A DNA stretch of 32,000 nt from Corynebacterium glutamicum ATCC 13032. Lineage in GTDB: Bacteria; Actinomycetota; Actinomycetes; Mycobacteriales; Mycobacteriaceae. Of this stretch, positions 1 to 10,432 are shown piece by piece. A program made the translations under genes and the position numbers. The DNA lies in NCBI RefSeq assembly GCF_000011325.1, contig NC_003450.3, forward strand, positions 570,001 to 602,000, in the 5' to 3' direction. Numbering within the stretch: position 1 is the stretch's first letter; each line of letters starts with the position of its first letter. Below the pieces are notes generated by a model, which did no database searches, was not told the DNA's origin, and saw nothing but the letters and a program-made list of their open reading frames with translations.

Positions 1-774
1 GTGGGCAATGGTATGTCGTTGCTGATTTTCGCTGGTATCGCAACTCGCCTCCCAACTGATGGCATGAACATTCTGGGTAACTCCGGCGGCGTGGTTTTCG
101 CTGTTGTTCTGGCTTCCGTTCTGATCCTGGTCATTGGTGTTGTATTCGTTGAGCAGGGCCAGCGTCGTATTCCAGTGCAGTACGCAAAGCGCATGGTGGG
201 ACGTCGCCAGTACGGTGGTTCTTCCACTTACCTGCCATTGAAGGTCAACCAAGCTGGTGTTATCCCAGTGATCTTCGCGTCTTCGCTGATTTACATGCCA
301 GTGCTGATTACTCAGATCGTGAACTCTGGTTCGCTGGAAGTGTCTGATAACTGGTGGCAGCGCAACATCATTGCGCACCTGCAGACGCCTTCTTCCTGGC
401 AGTACATTGTTTTGTACTTTGCACTGACCATCTTCTTCTCTTACTTCTATGTTTCCGTTCAGTATGATCCAGCTGAGCAGGCTGAAAACATGAAGAAGTA
501 CGGTGGATTTATCCCTGGTATTCGTCCGGGCCGCCCGACTGCTGAGTACTTGGGATTCGTCATGAACCGCCTGCTGTTTGTTGGTTCCCTGTACCTGGCT
601 GTCATTGCTGTGCTGCCAAACATTATGCTGGATCTAGGTGTTGACGCCGGTTCGGCCGGAGCAACTCCATTCGGCGGAACCGCAATCTTGATTCTTGTAT
701 CTGTTGCACTGACCACAGTGAAGCAGATTGAGAGCCAGCTCCTGCAAAGCAACTACGAAGGACTTCTAAAATAA
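1..774 (+). CDS. secY: Preprotein translocase subunit SecY, C-terminal 257 codons (5' end lies outside the window)
   Basis: Frame is open from base 1. Multi-TM protein with a conserved SecY C-terminal half ([23 protein letters not shown]). Sits directly before adk-map as in the bacterial spc cluster. Stop TAA 772-774 overlaps the adk ATG. Confidence 0.93.
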   Translation: MGNGMSLLIFAGIATRLPTDGMNILGNSGGVVFAVVLASVLILVIGVVFVEQGQRRIPVQYAKRMVGRRQYGGSSTYLPLKVNQAGVIPVIFASSLIYMPVLITQIVNSGSLEVSDNWWQRNIIAHLQTPSSWQYIVLYFALTIFFSYFYVSVQYDPAEQAENMKKYGGFIPGIRPGRPTAEYLGFVMNRLLFVGSLYLAVIAVLPNIMLDLGVDAGSAGATPFGGTAILILVSVALTTVKQIESQLLQSNYEGLLK

Positions 775-1319
775 TGCGACTCGTACTCCTCGGACCTCCC
801 GGTGCTGGTAAGGGCACCCAGGCTGCAATTCTCTCTGAGAAGCTTGGCATTCCTCACATTTCTACTGGCGATCTTTTCCGCGCCAACATTGGCGAAGGTA
901 CCCCTCTGGGTATCGAGGCCAAGCAGTACATCGACGCTGGCAAGCTGGTTCCAACCGACGTGACTGCACGTATGGTTGCTTCCCGCCTTGCTGAGTCCGA
1001 TGCTGCAGAAGGCTTCCTTTTGGATGGTTTCCCACGCACCGTTGAGCAGGCTGACATCTTGGCTAACCTGCTTTCCGAAGCTGGCCAGACCCTCGATGGT
1101 GTTGTTAACTACCAGGTTTCTGAAGACGTCGTCGTGGAGCGCATGCTGTCCCGTGGTCGCGCTGATGACAACGAAGAGACCATCCGCACCCGTCTCGGTG
1201 TCTACCGCGACGAGACTGCTCCTCTGATCGATCACTACGGTGACAAGATCATCAACATTGAGGCTGAAGGCGAAGTCGAAGAGATCAACGCTCGTACCCT
1301 CAAGGCACTGGGCAAATAA
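774..1319 (+). CDS. adk: Adenylate kinase
   Basis: 181-aa ORF with P-loop [10 protein letters not shown] near the N-terminus and typical Adk core (LLDGFPRT, RxDD). TAATG overlap with secY. Confidence 0.96.
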   Translation: MRLVLLGPPGAGKGTQAAILSEKLGIPHISTGDLFRANIGEGTPLGIEAKQYIDAGKLVPTDVTARMVASRLAESDAAEGFLLDGFPRTVEQADILANLLSEAGQTLDGVVNYQVSEDVVVERMLSRGRADDNEETIRTRLGVYRDETAPLIDHYGDKIINIEAEGEVEEINARTLKALGK

Positions 1320-1392
1320 GATTTCTTCTCTAGTGCTGCTGAATCTACGATGATAGGTAGATAGCAAGCAGTGACGTGGAAGTACTCACCTC

Positions 1393-1442
1393 AAGGTGGC
1401 CGGAACCGCATGCATTGTGCGGTGCCGGCCACCTTTGGTTTT
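1393..1442 (+). terminator. Rho-independent terminator after adk
   Basis: Long GC-rich hairpin: AAGGTGGCCGG...CCGGCCACCTT, with inner stem ACCGCA/TGCGGT, followed by TGGTTTT. Confidence 0.7.
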
Positions 1443-1475
1443 AACAGTTTAATTTGAAGAAAGAGACGTGGAAGC

Positions 1476-2270
1476 ATGGGTTTCCGTTCCAAGAAGAAGG
1501 TTATTGCGGCAAAGACCGCCGCTGAGCTGGACGCGATGCAGGCGGCGGGTGAGATCGTCGGCAAGGCTTTGCAGGCTGTGCGCGCTGAGGCTAAAGCTGG
1601 CATGAGCACGTGGGATCTGGATCAGATCGCGGAGCAGGTTATCCGCGATGCTGGCGCCGTTCCTACATTCCTGGGTTACCAGGGTTTTCCGGCATCAGTG
1701 TGCGCTTCGGTCAATGAGGTGATTGTTCACGGCATTCCATCCAAGGAGACCATCTTGGAGGAAGGCGATCTGGTGTCCATCGACTGCGGCGCAACCTTTG
1801 ATGGTTGGGTCGGCGATTCCGCGTGGAGCTTCGGCATCGGCGAGCTGGACGAGGACGTCCAGGGTCTCAACTTGGCTACCGAGTGGGTCCTCATGGAAGG
1901 CATGAAGGCCATGGTTCCAGGCAACCGTTTGACCGATGTCTCCCACGCTCTCGAGGTCGCAACCCGCAAGGCTGAGTCCAAGTTCGGCGTCGCGCTCGGC
2001 ATCGTCGATGGCTACGGCGGACACGGCATTGGCCGCCACATGCACGAGGAGCCATACTTGGCTAATGAGGGCAAGGCCGGCAAGGGCCCTGTGATTCAGG
2101 AGGGCTCCGTGCTCGCCATTGAGCCTATGCTCACCCTCGGCACCGAAGATTCCGCAGTGCTGGAAGATGATTGGACTGTCGTGACTCTCGACGGTTCATG
2201 GGCATCACACTGGGAGCACACCGTTGCAGCCACCAAGGGCGGCCCGCGCATCCTCACGCCGCGTTATTAA
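1476..2270 (+). CDS. map: Methionine aminopeptidase, type I
   Basis: 264-aa ORF with MetAP metal-ligand contexts ([24 protein letters not shown]). Canonical position after adk. Confidence 0.95.
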   Translation: MGFRSKKKVIAAKTAAELDAMQAAGEIVGKALQAVRAEAKAGMSTWDLDQIAEQVIRDAGAVPTFLGYQGFPASVCASVNEVIVHGIPSKETILEEGDLVSIDCGATFDGWVGDSAWSFGIGELDEDVQGLNLATEWVLMEGMKAMVPGNRLTDVSHALEVATRKAESKFGVALGIVDGYGGHGIGRHMHEEPYLANEGKAGKGPVIQEGSVLAIEPMLTLGTEDSAVLEDDWTVVTLDGSWASHWEHTVAATKGGPRILTPRY

Positions 2271-2416
2271 AATGATGCTTTTCGACGCATCCCCACGTTT
2301 TGGGGCTAAAAGTTGCCCGGTTGAGCAAAGGTTTGCGACCTCCCCGGCGTGCCGCCAGGGGAGGAGGCGATAAAACTTTTTTACCTTTCGAATATCAAAA
2401 TCATAAAACAGCCTTA

Positions 2417-2422
2417 TATACT
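2417..2422 (+). promoter_or_regulatory. Candidate -10 box (TATACT) giving a leaderless transcript for the L,D-transpeptidase gene
   Basis: TATACT fits TAnnnT and lies exactly 7 nt upstream of ATG 2430. No Shine-Dalgarno sequence in between (tcaacgt). Confidence 0.4.
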
Positions 2423-2429
2423 TCAACGT

Positions 2430-3179
2430 ATGGCGAAGAATTCTCGAATCCGATACAGCGCGTCAATCAAGCGTGCCGCAGCTGCAATCCTCACCGCAGC
2501 TGCTACCTCAGTCGCGTTGATCGCTGTGCCAGCAACTGCTTCAGCACAGGACCTCGCAACCGGCAGCTCCCAGATCCAGACTGATGCTCGTGAAGGTGCG
2601 TGGGCAACCCGCAACACCATCCAAGACCAACTTGCCTCCATTGGGCCAGCAGCCCTCCCAGTCCGCGCAGCGGTAGACAATGCCATCAACGGCATGTTCC
2701 CAGGACTTGTTGATGAAAAGGTTGCAGCAGAGCAGGAAGCTGCACGCGCAGAAGCTGAGCGCGAAGCAGCAGCTGCACGTGAAGCAGAAGCAGCCCGCGT
2801 AGCCGCAGAAGAAGCCGCACGCTTTGACCGCGGCTCTTGCCCAGCAATCGCTGATGTCTGCGTGGACATTGATGGTGGACGTACCTGGCTGCAGGAAAAC
2901 GGTCAGGTCACCTACGGTGCAGTCCCAGTTTCCTCCGGCGGAGTTGGCCAGGAAACCCCTCGCGGAACGTTCTACATCAACCGCAAGGTCAAGGATGAAA
3001 TCTCTTACGAGTTCGGTAACGCCCCAATGCCGTACGCCATGTACTTCACCTACAACGGCCACGCATTCCACCAGGGCAATGTTGCGACTACTTCCGCTGG
3101 TTGTGTTCGCCTAAACACTCAAGATGCCATCTACTACTTCAACAACGTTGGCATCGGCGACATGGTGTACATCTACTAA
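2430..3179 (+). CDS. Secreted L,D-transpeptidase (YkuD domain) with Ala/Glu-rich coiled-coil linker
   Basis: The track ORF starts at 2349, but M28 (ATG 2430) begins a clear Sec signal peptide (MAKNSRIRYSASIKRAAAAILTAAATSVALIAVPATASA-QD). The C-terminus carries the YkuD catalytic motif HQGNVATTSAGCVRL. Confidence 0.85.
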   Translation: MAKNSRIRYSASIKRAAAAILTAAATSVALIAVPATASAQDLATGSSQIQTDAREGAWATRNTIQDQLASIGPAALPVRAAVDNAINGMFPGLVDEKVAAEQEAARAEAEREAAAAREAEAARVAAEEAARFDRGSCPAIADVCVDIDGGRTWLQENGQVTYGAVPVSSGGVGQETPRGTFYINRKVKDEISYEFGNAPMPYAMYFTYNGHAFHQGNVATTSAGCVRLNTQDAIYYFNNVGIGDMVYIY

Positions 3180-3193
3180 AACTCACCGTTGCT

Positions 3194-3247
3194 AGCAGGC
3201 GCGTTTTCAGATCATGATTGATTGGGCGTGCCTGCTTTTGTGTTTTT
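3194..3247 (+). terminator. Probable intrinsic terminator after the L,D-transpeptidase gene
   Basis: AGCAGGC (3194-3200) pairs with GCCTGCT (3229-3235) and is followed by TTTGTGTTTTTT. The loop is long, so confidence is moderate. Confidence 0.5.
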
Positions 3248-3280
3248 TAGGGACCCCAATGCGCGTGATTCAACTCATGT

Positions 3281-3309
3281 TTGATATGTGCTCCTAAGGT
3301 GTGTAACCT
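3281..3309 (+). promoter_or_regulatory. Candidate sigma-A promoter for infA
   Basis: TTGATA (3281-3286), 17-nt spacer, TAACCT (3304-3309, fits TAnnnT), about 100 nt upstream of the infA ATG. Confidence 0.35.
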
Positions 3310-3406
3310 ATATCGATGGTGTGCGTACATCTTGAGTGACGCAACCATTTTGAAGTGGAAAAACTTAAGGCCTCCCGCAGGGGAGTGTTCTGGAAAAGCG
3401 GAGGAT

Positions 3407-3625
3407 ATGGCTAAGGAAGGCGCTATTGAAGTTGAGGGTCGCATTGTCGAACCTCTGCCGAATGCAATGTTCCGAGTCGAGCTCGACAACGGACACAAGG
3501 TACTCGCCCACATCAGTGGAAAGATGCGCCAGCACTACATCCGTATCCTTCCTGAGGACCGCGTCGTTGTAGAGCTGTCGCCCTATGATCTGACTCGTGG
3601 ACGAATCGTTTACCGCTACAAGTAA
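3407..3625 (+). CDS. infA: Translation initiation factor IF-1
   Basis: 72-aa product [41 protein letters not shown]...RIVYRYK. SD GGAGGA 5 nt upstream. The track ORF from 3281 is an upstream extension. Confidence 0.96.
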   Translation: MAKEGAIEVEGRIVEPLPNAMFRVELDNGHKVLAHISGKMRQHYIRILPEDRVVVELSPYDLTRGRIVYRYK

Positions 3626-3815
3626 AAATAAGCTTTAAGCCTCCATATATCAGGGCCAGTCGGGGATATCCCGGCAGGCTGACACACCTTCAGGCAACGA
3701 TGGCTGAAGCCTTGCGAATCACAATCCACCTCCCGGTTTCCGTCCGGGGAAAGTATTGCTTGGCAGGGGCGATTATGGGGAAAACCATCGCAACAACCGG
3801 AAAGGTAACTGCCAC

Positions 3816-4184
3816 ATGGCACGTCTAGCTGGTGTTGACCTCCCACGCAACAAGCGTATGGAAGTCGCTCTCACCTACATCTACGGAATCGGCCCAGCCC
3901 GTTCCAAGCAGCTTCTCGAGGAGACCGGAATCTCCCCAGACCTGCGCACCGACAACCTCACTGATGAGCAGATCGCTGCTCTTCGTGACGTTATTGAAGG
4001 CACCTGGAAGGTCGAGGGTGACCTCCGCCGCCAGGTACAAGCTGACATCCGTCGCAAGATCGAAATCGGCTGCTACCAGGGTATTCGCCACCGCCGTGGC
4101 CTGCCTGTTCGTGGTCAGCGCACCAAGACCAATGCGCGTACTCGTAAGGGTCCTAAGAAGACGATCGCCGGAAAGAAGAAGTAA
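3816..4184 (+). CDS. rpsM: 30S ribosomal protein S13
   Basis: [26 protein letters not shown]... 122 aa. ATG 3816 is preceded by GGAAAGG. The track ORF from 3756 is an extension. Confidence 0.96.
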
Positions 4185-4186
4185 AA

Positions 4187-4591
4187 ATGCCTCCTAAAGC
4201 ACGCACTAACGCGCGCCGCACAGGCCGTCGCGTTGTAAAAAAGAACGTTGCTAACGGCAACGCTTACATCAAGTCCACCTTTAACAACACCATCGTTTCG
4301 ATCACTGATACCAACGGTGCTGTAATCTCTTGGGCTTCCTCTGGGCACGTCGGATTCAAGGGCTCACGTAAGTCCACTCCGTTCGCTGCTCAGATGGCTG
4401 CAGAGAACGCTGCCCGCAAGGCAATGGATCACGGCATGAAGAAGGTTGACGTTTTCGTCAAGGGCCCAGGATCAGGCCGCGAGACTGCAATCCGTTCCCT
4501 TCAGGCTGCAGGCCTGGAGATCGGTTCAATCTCCGACGTGACCCCACAGCCACACAACGGCTGCCGTCCACCAAAGCGTCGTCGCGTTTAA
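4187..4591 (+). CDS. rpsK: 30S ribosomal protein S11
   Basis: 134 aa with the S11 core [16 protein letters not shown]...[11 protein letters not shown]. Starts 2 nt after the rpsM stop. Confidence 0.97.
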   Translation: MPPKARTNARRTGRRVVKKNVANGNAYIKSTFNNTIVSITDTNGAVISWASSGHVGFKGSRKSTPFAAQMAAENAARKAMDHGMKKVDVFVKGPGSGRETAIRSLQAAGLEIGSISDVTPQPHNGCRPPKRRRV

Positions 4592-4614
4592 TAGGGAAGG
4601 AAAGGTAATACAAA

Positions 4615-5220
4615 ATGGCTCGTTATACCGGCCCAGCAACCCGTAAATCCCGTCGTCTGCGCGTCGACCTTGTTGGTGGAGACATGGCGTTTGAGCGCCG
4701 TCCTTACCCTCCAGGACAGGCAGGCCGTGCACGCATCAAGGAGTCCGAGTACCTGCTGCAGCTCCAGGAGAAGCAGAAGGCTCGTTTCATCTACGGCGTC
4801 ATGGAAAAGCAGTTCCGTCGTTACTACGCCGAGGCTAACCGTCGCGCAGGCAAGACCGGTGAGAACCTGGTCGTCCTGCTCGAGTCCCGCCTCGACAACG
4901 TCGTGTACCGCGCAGGTCTGGCAAACACCCGTCGCCAGGCTCGTCAGCTTGTTTCCCACGGTCACTTCACCGTGAACGGCAAGGCAATCGACGTTCCATC
5001 TTTCCGCGTTTCTCAGTACGACATCATCAATGTTCGTGAGAAGTCCCAGAAGATGAACTGGTTCGAAGAGGCTCAGGACAACCTGGCCGACGCAGTCGTC
5101 CCAGCTTGGCTCCAGGTCGTTCCTGAGAACCTTCGTATCCTCGTGCACCAGCTCCCAGAGCGCGCACAGATCGATATCCCACTGCAAGAGCAGCTCATCG
5201 TCGAGTTCTACTCGAAGTAG
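4615..5220 (+). CDS. rpsD: 30S ribosomal protein S4
   Basis: 201 aa, MARYTGPATRKSRRL... with an S4 RNA-binding domain. SD GGAAGGAAAGG. Confidence 0.97.
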   Translation: MARYTGPATRKSRRLRVDLVGGDMAFERRPYPPGQAGRARIKESEYLLQLQEKQKARFIYGVMEKQFRRYYAEANRRAGKTGENLVVLLESRLDNVVYRAGLANTRRQARQLVSHGHFTVNGKAIDVPSFRVSQYDIINVREKSQKMNWFEEAQDNLADAVVPAWLQVVPENLRILVHQLPERAQIDIPLQEQLIVEFYSK

Positions 5221-5337
5221 TTTTTGCTTACCCGGCTGCCCCGGGTGCACAGGAATCTTTCGATTTTCCAAACATCCTTCATGGTTTTAGAAACCTTTAC
5301 CGACGTCAAATAGCGGTCGTCACTCAAGGAGAGTTCA

Positions 5338-6354
5338 ATGCTCATTTCACAGCGCCCAACCATCACCGAGGAATTTGTTAATAACGCACGTTCCCGGTTT
5401 GTCATCGAGCCACTGGAGCCAGGTTTTGGCTACACCCTCGGTAACTCCCTGCGCCGTACCCTGCTGTCCTCCATTCCTGGAGCAGCAGTAACCAGCGTCA
5501 AGATTGACGGTGTACTCCACGAGTTCACCACCATCAGCGGTGTTAAGGAAGATGTCTCTGACATCATCTTGAACATCAAGGGATTGGTTTTGTCTTCTGA
5601 TTCCGATGAGCCAGTTGTTATGCAGCTGGTCAAGGAAGGCCCAGGAGTTGTAACTGCAGGTGACATTCAGCCACCAGCAGGCGTGGAGATCCACAACCCG
5701 GATCTGCACATTGCAACCCTGAACGAGACCGCCAAGATTGAGATCGAGCTCATCGTCGAGCGTGGACGTGGCTACGTTCCCGCAACTGTTACTGCAACCG
5801 GTGGAGAGATCGGCCGCATTCCGGTCGATCAGATCTACTCCCCAGTACTGAAGGTCAGCTACAAGGTTGAAGCTACTCGTGTTGAGCAGCGCACCGACTT
5901 TGACAAGCTGGTCATCGACGTTGAGACCAAGAACTCTATTACCGCACGTGACGCCCTGGCGTCGGCAGGTAAGACCCTGGTTGAGCTGTTCGGCCTCGCA
6001 CGCGAGCTGAACATCGCAGCCGAGGGCATCGAGATCGGACCATCTCCTCAGGAGACCGAGTACATCGCTGCCTACAGCATGCCAATCGAGGATCTGGACT
6101 TCTCTGTCCGTTCCTACAACTGCCTCAAGCGCGAAGACATCCACACCGTGGGTGAACTCGCAGAGCGCGCTGAGTCCGATTTGCTGGATATCCGCAACTT
6201 CGGACAGAAGTCGATCAACGAGGTAAAGATCAAGCTTGCTGGCCTGGGTCTGACCCTGAAGGATGCTCCTGAAGACTTCGATCCTTCAACTCTTGAAGGT
6301 TATGACGCCGAAACTGGTGGCTACATCGATGTCGAGGCGGAAGATTCCGAGTAA
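5338..6354 (+). CDS. rpoA: DNA-directed RNA polymerase alpha subunit
   Basis: 338 aa. NTD has [19 protein letters not shown] has [32 protein letters not shown]. Confidence 0.97.
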   Translation: MLISQRPTITEEFVNNARSRFVIEPLEPGFGYTLGNSLRRTLLSSIPGAAVTSVKIDGVLHEFTTISGVKEDVSDIILNIKGLVLSSDSDEPVVMQLVKEGPGVVTAGDIQPPAGVEIHNPDLHIATLNETAKIEIELIVERGRGYVPATVTATGGEIGRIPVDQIYSPVLKVSYKVEATRVEQRTDFDKLVIDVETKNSITARDALASAGKTLVELFGLARELNIAAEGIEIGPSPQETEYIAAYSMPIEDLDFSVRSYNCLKREDIHTVGELAERAESDLLDIRNFGQKSINEVKIKLAGLGLTLKDAPEDFDPSTLEGYDAETGGYIDVEAEDSE

Positions 6355-6409
6355 GTCGCATGGTCCAATTCATGGGCCGCGCTAAATCAACGTACAAGGA
6401 GTACATCTA

Positions 6410-6901
6410 ATGCCTACCCCTAAGAAGGGCGCCCGCCTCGGCGGATCCGCAAGCCACCAGAAGAAGATCCTCTCTAACCTGGCTGCATCTCTGTTCGAGC
6501 ATGGCGCAATCAAGACCACCGATGCTAAGGCAAAGGCTCTGCGTCCATACGCTGAGAAGCTGATCACCAAGGCTAAGTCCGGTTCCGTTGCAGATCGTCG
6601 TAACGTTCTCGCACTGGTTCCTAACAAGGAAATCGTGGCTTACCTGTTCAACGAACTTGCTCCTAAGTTCGAGAACCGTCCAGGTGGTTACACCCGCATC
6701 ATCAAGCTGGAGAACCGTAAGGGCGACAACGCTCCTATGTCCCAGATCTCCCTCGTTCTCGAGGAGACCGTCTCCGCAGAAGCATCCCGCGCAACCCGCG
6801 CATCTGCTTCCAAGAAGGCTGCTGAAGAGGCTGAGACCGAAGAGGTAGTCGAGGCTCCAGCTGAGGAGACCGCAACCGAAGAGGCTGCAGAAGAGAAGTA
6901 A
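6410..6901 (+). CDS. rplQ: 50S ribosomal protein L17 with acidic C-terminal tail
   Basis: 163 aa, [25 protein letters not shown]...[17 protein letters not shown]. Confidence 0.95.
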   Translation: MPTPKKGARLGGSASHQKKILSNLAASLFEHGAIKTTDAKAKALRPYAEKLITKAKSGSVADRRNVLALVPNKEIVAYLFNELAPKFENRPGGYTRIIKLENRKGDNAPMSQISLVLEETVSAEASRATRASASKKAAEEAETEEVVEAPAEETATEEAAEEK

Positions 6902-6921
6902 ATTTCTCTAACTCCGCATAG

Positions 6922-6959
6922 AATGCCCGCAGTGAACATTGTTTACTGCGGGCATTTTA
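6922..6959 (+). terminator. Rho-independent terminator ending the alpha operon
   Basis: AATGCCCGCAGTGAACA / TGTTTACTGCGGGCATT hairpin (one G-U pair) followed by TTTA. Confidence 0.75.
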
Positions 6960-7041
6960 CGTATCTGCACCCCGCCCGGCTGCGCTGAGCAGCCGTAAAG
7001 CGTGGGGCGTGACGTCGAAAAGCAAAAAATGAAAGGCAGAC

Positions 7042-7926
7042 ATGGACAATTCAACGGTGCGAATCCGGCTGGATCTAGCGTATGACGGCACGGATTTTCA
7101 TGGCTGGGCGAAGCAGGGGACCAGCGATCTACGCACCGTGCAAAAAGTGTTGGAAGACAATTTGAGCATGGTGCTGCGTGAGACTGTTGAATTGACTGTG
7201 GCCGGGCGAACCGATGCGGGGGTGCATGCGGCGGGCCAGGTGGCGCACTTTGATATTCCGGCACACGCTTTAGAGCAGCGCAGTATTGATGGCGATCCAA
7301 GCAAGTTGGTTCGGCGCTTGGGTCGGTTGCTGCCCGATGATATTCGGGTGCATGGCGTACGTTTTGCCGAGCCCGGGTTTGATGCGCGATTTTCCGCGAT
7401 GCGCAGGCACTACGTTTATCGCATTACGACGCATCCCGCCGGCGCGCTGCCTACGCGCCGCCACGACACGGCGCAGTGGCCAAAACCTGTCGAACTAGAG
7501 CGGATGCAATTAGCCGCCGATGCACTGCTGGGGCTGCATGATTTTGTGGCGTTTTGCAAAGCTAAGCCACATGCGACGACGGTGCGTGAACTACAAAAAT
7601 TTGCGTGGAAAGACGTCTCCACTGACATCGAACCGCAGGTGTATGAAGCACACGTGGTGGCCGATGCTTTTTGCTGGTCGATGGTGCGCTCGCTGGTCGG
7701 CTCCTGCATGGCCGTGGGCGAAGGACGCCGCGGATCAGGGTTTACTGCAGAATTGCTTGATGCAAGCGAACGCAGCCCCATGGTTCCAGTAGCACCTGCG
7801 AAAGGTTTGAGCTTGGTTGGCGTGGATTATCCTTCCGCTGATAAGTTACAGGAAAGAGCGCTGGAAACCCGAGCTGTTCGCGAGTTTCCGGACGCGTCCG
7901 CGAGCCTAAAACTAGATGATGAGTAA
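7042..7926 (+). CDS. truA: tRNA pseudouridine(38-40) synthase TruA
   Basis: 294 aa with RIRLDLAYDGTDFHGWAKQ and the catalytic-Asp motif GRTDAGVHA. Conserved position after rplQ. Confidence 0.9.
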   Translation: MDNSTVRIRLDLAYDGTDFHGWAKQGTSDLRTVQKVLEDNLSMVLRETVELTVAGRTDAGVHAAGQVAHFDIPAHALEQRSIDGDPSKLVRRLGRLLPDDIRVHGVRFAEPGFDARFSAMRRHYVYRITTHPAGALPTRRHDTAQWPKPVELERMQLAADALLGLHDFVAFCKAKPHATTVRELQKFAWKDVSTDIEPQVYEAHVVADAFCWSMVRSLVGSCMAVGEGRRGSGFTAELLDASERSPMVPVAPAKGLSLVGVDYPSADKLQERALETRAVREFPDASASLKLDDE

Positions 7927-8032
7927 AAGGGACTAAACTCGTCTCTCGTATCTTTCAGTCATTTATGTCTGATAAGCAGGCGCGTGCGCCACACAATTGG
8001 CACAATCACAAGAAAGTGAAGTGGGAACCTAG

Positions 8033-10432
8033 ATGCTGACGACACTATGGATTGCGGTGTTGGTATTTACCGTTCCAGGATTGGTCGTCTCGTGGGTTTC
8101 TGGCCTTAAAGTGCCCTGGGCTATCGCAGCCTCCATCCCAGCCACCTTCGGTATTTACGGCCTGTCCGCCTGGTTGCTGGGCTTGTGGGAGATGCGTTTT
8201 GATCTCCATTCTGTAGTTATTTCCACATTGGTTTTCGCTGCGGTTGCTTTGGTATGGCGCTTGTTTTTTGTCGGTGGTTGGCTTGTACGTCGGCGTAAAG
8301 CACGTATCCGCAGGCAGACGCTCGCGGATGAAGAGCGGGCAGAAAATGCTGAGGTATCTGCAGGGGAGCCTGCCGAATCGAGCACAAACGAAGCAGCCGA
8401 ATCTGAATCTGAAACCTCGGAGCGTCGCGGAATCTGGCGCGTGATCTTTGATTACATGCGCGACGGTGGCATCTTGGATCACCGTTGGCTGCTGCCTGCC
8501 GCAGGTGCTATCACTGGTGCGTGGCTGATCATTGATCGTGCCGTTGATCTGCTCTTGAGCACCGAGCATGGTTTGGGCGATATCGTCCAAGGCTGGGATG
8601 TCCATTGGCATGCTTCGACTGTCCGTTTTATAGATGAGACCGGCATTGCGTCATCCACGATGATGGGGCAGCTGCGCAATATTGAAACGCAGCAAGATCT
8701 GTTCTACCCAAGCGCATGGCATGCTGGTGCATGGGTGCTGTCGGATGTCGGAAATCTGACGATTGTTGAAGCCACCAACCTCACTGGCATTGTGCTGTCC
8801 GGATTGTTGCTGCCGTTAGCTGTTGCACTGATTGCATGGCGGATGATCAACAATCGTGGACTGACCGCGCAGATTGGTGCGGGCTTTGCTGGACTGATCA
8901 CCATTGCCTCTCCGGTACTGTTCTGGGTTGGTAACTACGTGGGTGCGTGGCCTTATGTTGCTGCGATCGGTGCTTCAGGTGTGGTGCTTGCGCTGTTTAT
9001 GTCCACTCCGTCTGTGCCGGTAAGAATCTTTGCCGCAGCATTGGCGTTCATGGGTATGTTCCAGCTGCATCCAGCCCCATCCACCATCGTGATCATGGTG
9101 TTGCTGCTGTGGTGGCTGCTCAAACTCGTGGTGGTTCCAAGCCAGAAAGTGAAGGGCTGGAAGGCGGGCATCGGTATCCGTTTGAAGGATGTCGGCATCC
9201 TGGCCATCACGGGCATCATCGGTGTGCTCTTCATGCTGCCTCAGGTGATTTCAGGTTCCGAACAAACCGAAGATGTGCTGTCATATTCTGCTGAGGAACA
9301 AGTCACCCGCAGCGAGTCCTGGTTGGTGTCTATTTTCATGGAGACCCGCCATGTTGATTTCTTCGGAAATATTGACATCGTCCCAGTGCTGGTATTCGCA
9401 GCAATCGGTGGCGTGGTTGCTTTGGTGTGGCGCGGAAACTTGTGGGCGCCGGTGTTTTACTTCGCCAGCGTTGCGTTGACCGCTAACTCGCTGAAGCCTT
9501 TTGAAGAGCCGTGGGGTGATTGGCTCAACATCGTGGGCGGTCTGCATTACTCCACAGGACACCGTTTGATCATGCCTGTCGCCATGTTCACTTTTGCTGC
9601 CGCAGGTATCGGCGCTGCCGCAGTGATCCGTTTGATCTGCTTGGGACCAATAAAGAAGTTCACCACTGTTTCCGGTGTTGTTTCTGTGGTGATGGCTCTT
9701 GTTGTGGCTGTGCCATTGCAGACTTGGGCGAAGGATTTTGTAGAGGAAGGATCCGAAACCACAATCCTTGCGCCACACAATGATGAACGTATGGTGAGCA
9801 ACAACGACTTGGCTGCCTGGGACTGGTTAATCCAACAGCCAGGTGGAGCTGACATGAACATCATGGGTGACCCCGCAGATGGTAACGGCTGGATGTATGC
9901 CTACAACGGCTTGCACTCCGTGGCCCGCCACTATGCATGGCCAGCAGCAGGCGAAGGCTCTGCCACCGCGATGCTGTTCTGGTGGCCTCAACTTCTAGGT
10001 GTGGGCACCGATGAAAACCCAGATCAAGTCAACGATGTGGATCAGGCTGCTCGTGATCTCAACGTCGGCTACTTCATGATCAGTCCGTGGACGTTCTGGG
10101 ATTTCCAGATCCCCAACTTCCGCCAGATCGATCTGCTGTGGCAAACCCCAGGCGTGACACCGGTGTACAAGAAGGGCGACTCGGTGATCTTCGCAGTCAA
10201 CGATATGTTCACTGACGCCGAACTGGATCAGATGCGTGCACCTGGTAATTCTCCAGAACCACTGCCAGAGCTTCCTACCTTGGGCGAGCTTGGGTTGGCT
10301 GAAACTGAAGACGAGGTAGATCAGACTTATTACCATCGTCCAACGGTTCCTGCTGGTGTGAACTCAGAGATGCCTTCAGCCGAAACTCTGTATGCACCGG
10401 ATCCAACGAAGCCGCATACGGTCCCTAACTAA
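8033..10432 (+). CDS. rptA: Polytopic GT-C family glycosyltransferase, probably the arabinogalactan terminal rhamnopyranosyltransferase RptA
   Basis: 799 aa with at least 13 hydrophobic helices plus a C-terminal soluble domain. Contains the RxxDE motif (RFIDE, nt 8624-8638) that I recall being reported for C. glutamicum RptA/NCgl0543, the gene directly after truA. The name is assigned from recollection and synteny. Confidence 0.65.
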   Translation: MLTTLWIAVLVFTVPGLVVSWVSGLKVPWAIAASIPATFGIYGLSAWLLGLWEMRFDLHSVVISTLVFAAVALVWRLFFVGGWLVRRRKARIRRQTLADEERAENAEVSAGEPAESSTNEAAESESETSERRGIWRVIFDYMRDGGILDHRWLLPAAGAITGAWLIIDRAVDLLLSTEHGLGDIVQGWDVHWHASTVRFIDETGIASSTMMGQLRNIETQQDLFYPSAWHAGAWVLSDVGNLTIVEATNLTGIVLSGLLLPLAVALIAWRMINNRGLTAQIGAGFAGLITIASPVLFWVGNYVGAWPYVAAIGASGVVLALFMSTPSVPVRIFAAALAFMGMFQLHPAPSTIVIMVLLLWWLLKLVVVPSQKVKGWKAGIGIRLKDVGILAITGIIGVLFMLPQVISGSEQTEDVLSYSAEEQVTRSESWLVSIFMETRHVDFFGNIDIVPVLVFAAIGGVVALVWRGNLWAPVFYFASVALTANSLKPFEEPWGDWLNIVGGLHYSTGHRLIMPVAMFTFAAAGIGAAAVIRLICLGPIKKFTTVSGVVSVVMALVVAVPLQTWAKDFVEEGSETTILAPHNDERMVSNNDLAAWDWLIQQPGGADMNIMGDPADGNGWMYAYNGLHSVARHYAWPAAGEGSATAMLFWWPQLLGVGTDENPDQVNDVDQAARDLNVGYFMISPWTFWDFQIPNFRQIDLLWQTPGVTPVYKKGDSVIFAVNDMFTDAELDQMRAPGNSPEPLPELPTLGELGLAETEDEVDQTYYHRPTVPAGVNSEMPSAETLYAPDPTKPHTVPN

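Noticed and set aside
5230-5246. GC hairpin ACCCGG-ctgcc-CCGGGT between rpsD and rpoA as a terminator.
   Set aside because: There is no T-tract, and rpoA is normally co-transcribed with rpsD. At most it is a processing or stability element, and I cannot support it further.
4588-6144. Long minus-strand ORFs (4588-5271, 5347-6144) opposite rpsD and rpoA. Similar ones occur at 753-1367, 11513-12460, 19587-20677, 28775-29350 and 30881-31966.
   Set aside because: They lie antisense to strongly supported conserved genes. Their products are low-complexity, Arg/Ser/Cys-rich and have no recognisable motifs. This is typical shadow-ORF behaviour in GC-rich coding sequence.
8023-8028. GGGAAC immediately upstream of the rptA ATG.
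   Set aside because: There is no GTC element 18 nt downstream, because that position falls inside the coding region (ATGGAT). It is an isolated hexamer and more likely part of the ribosome-binding region.
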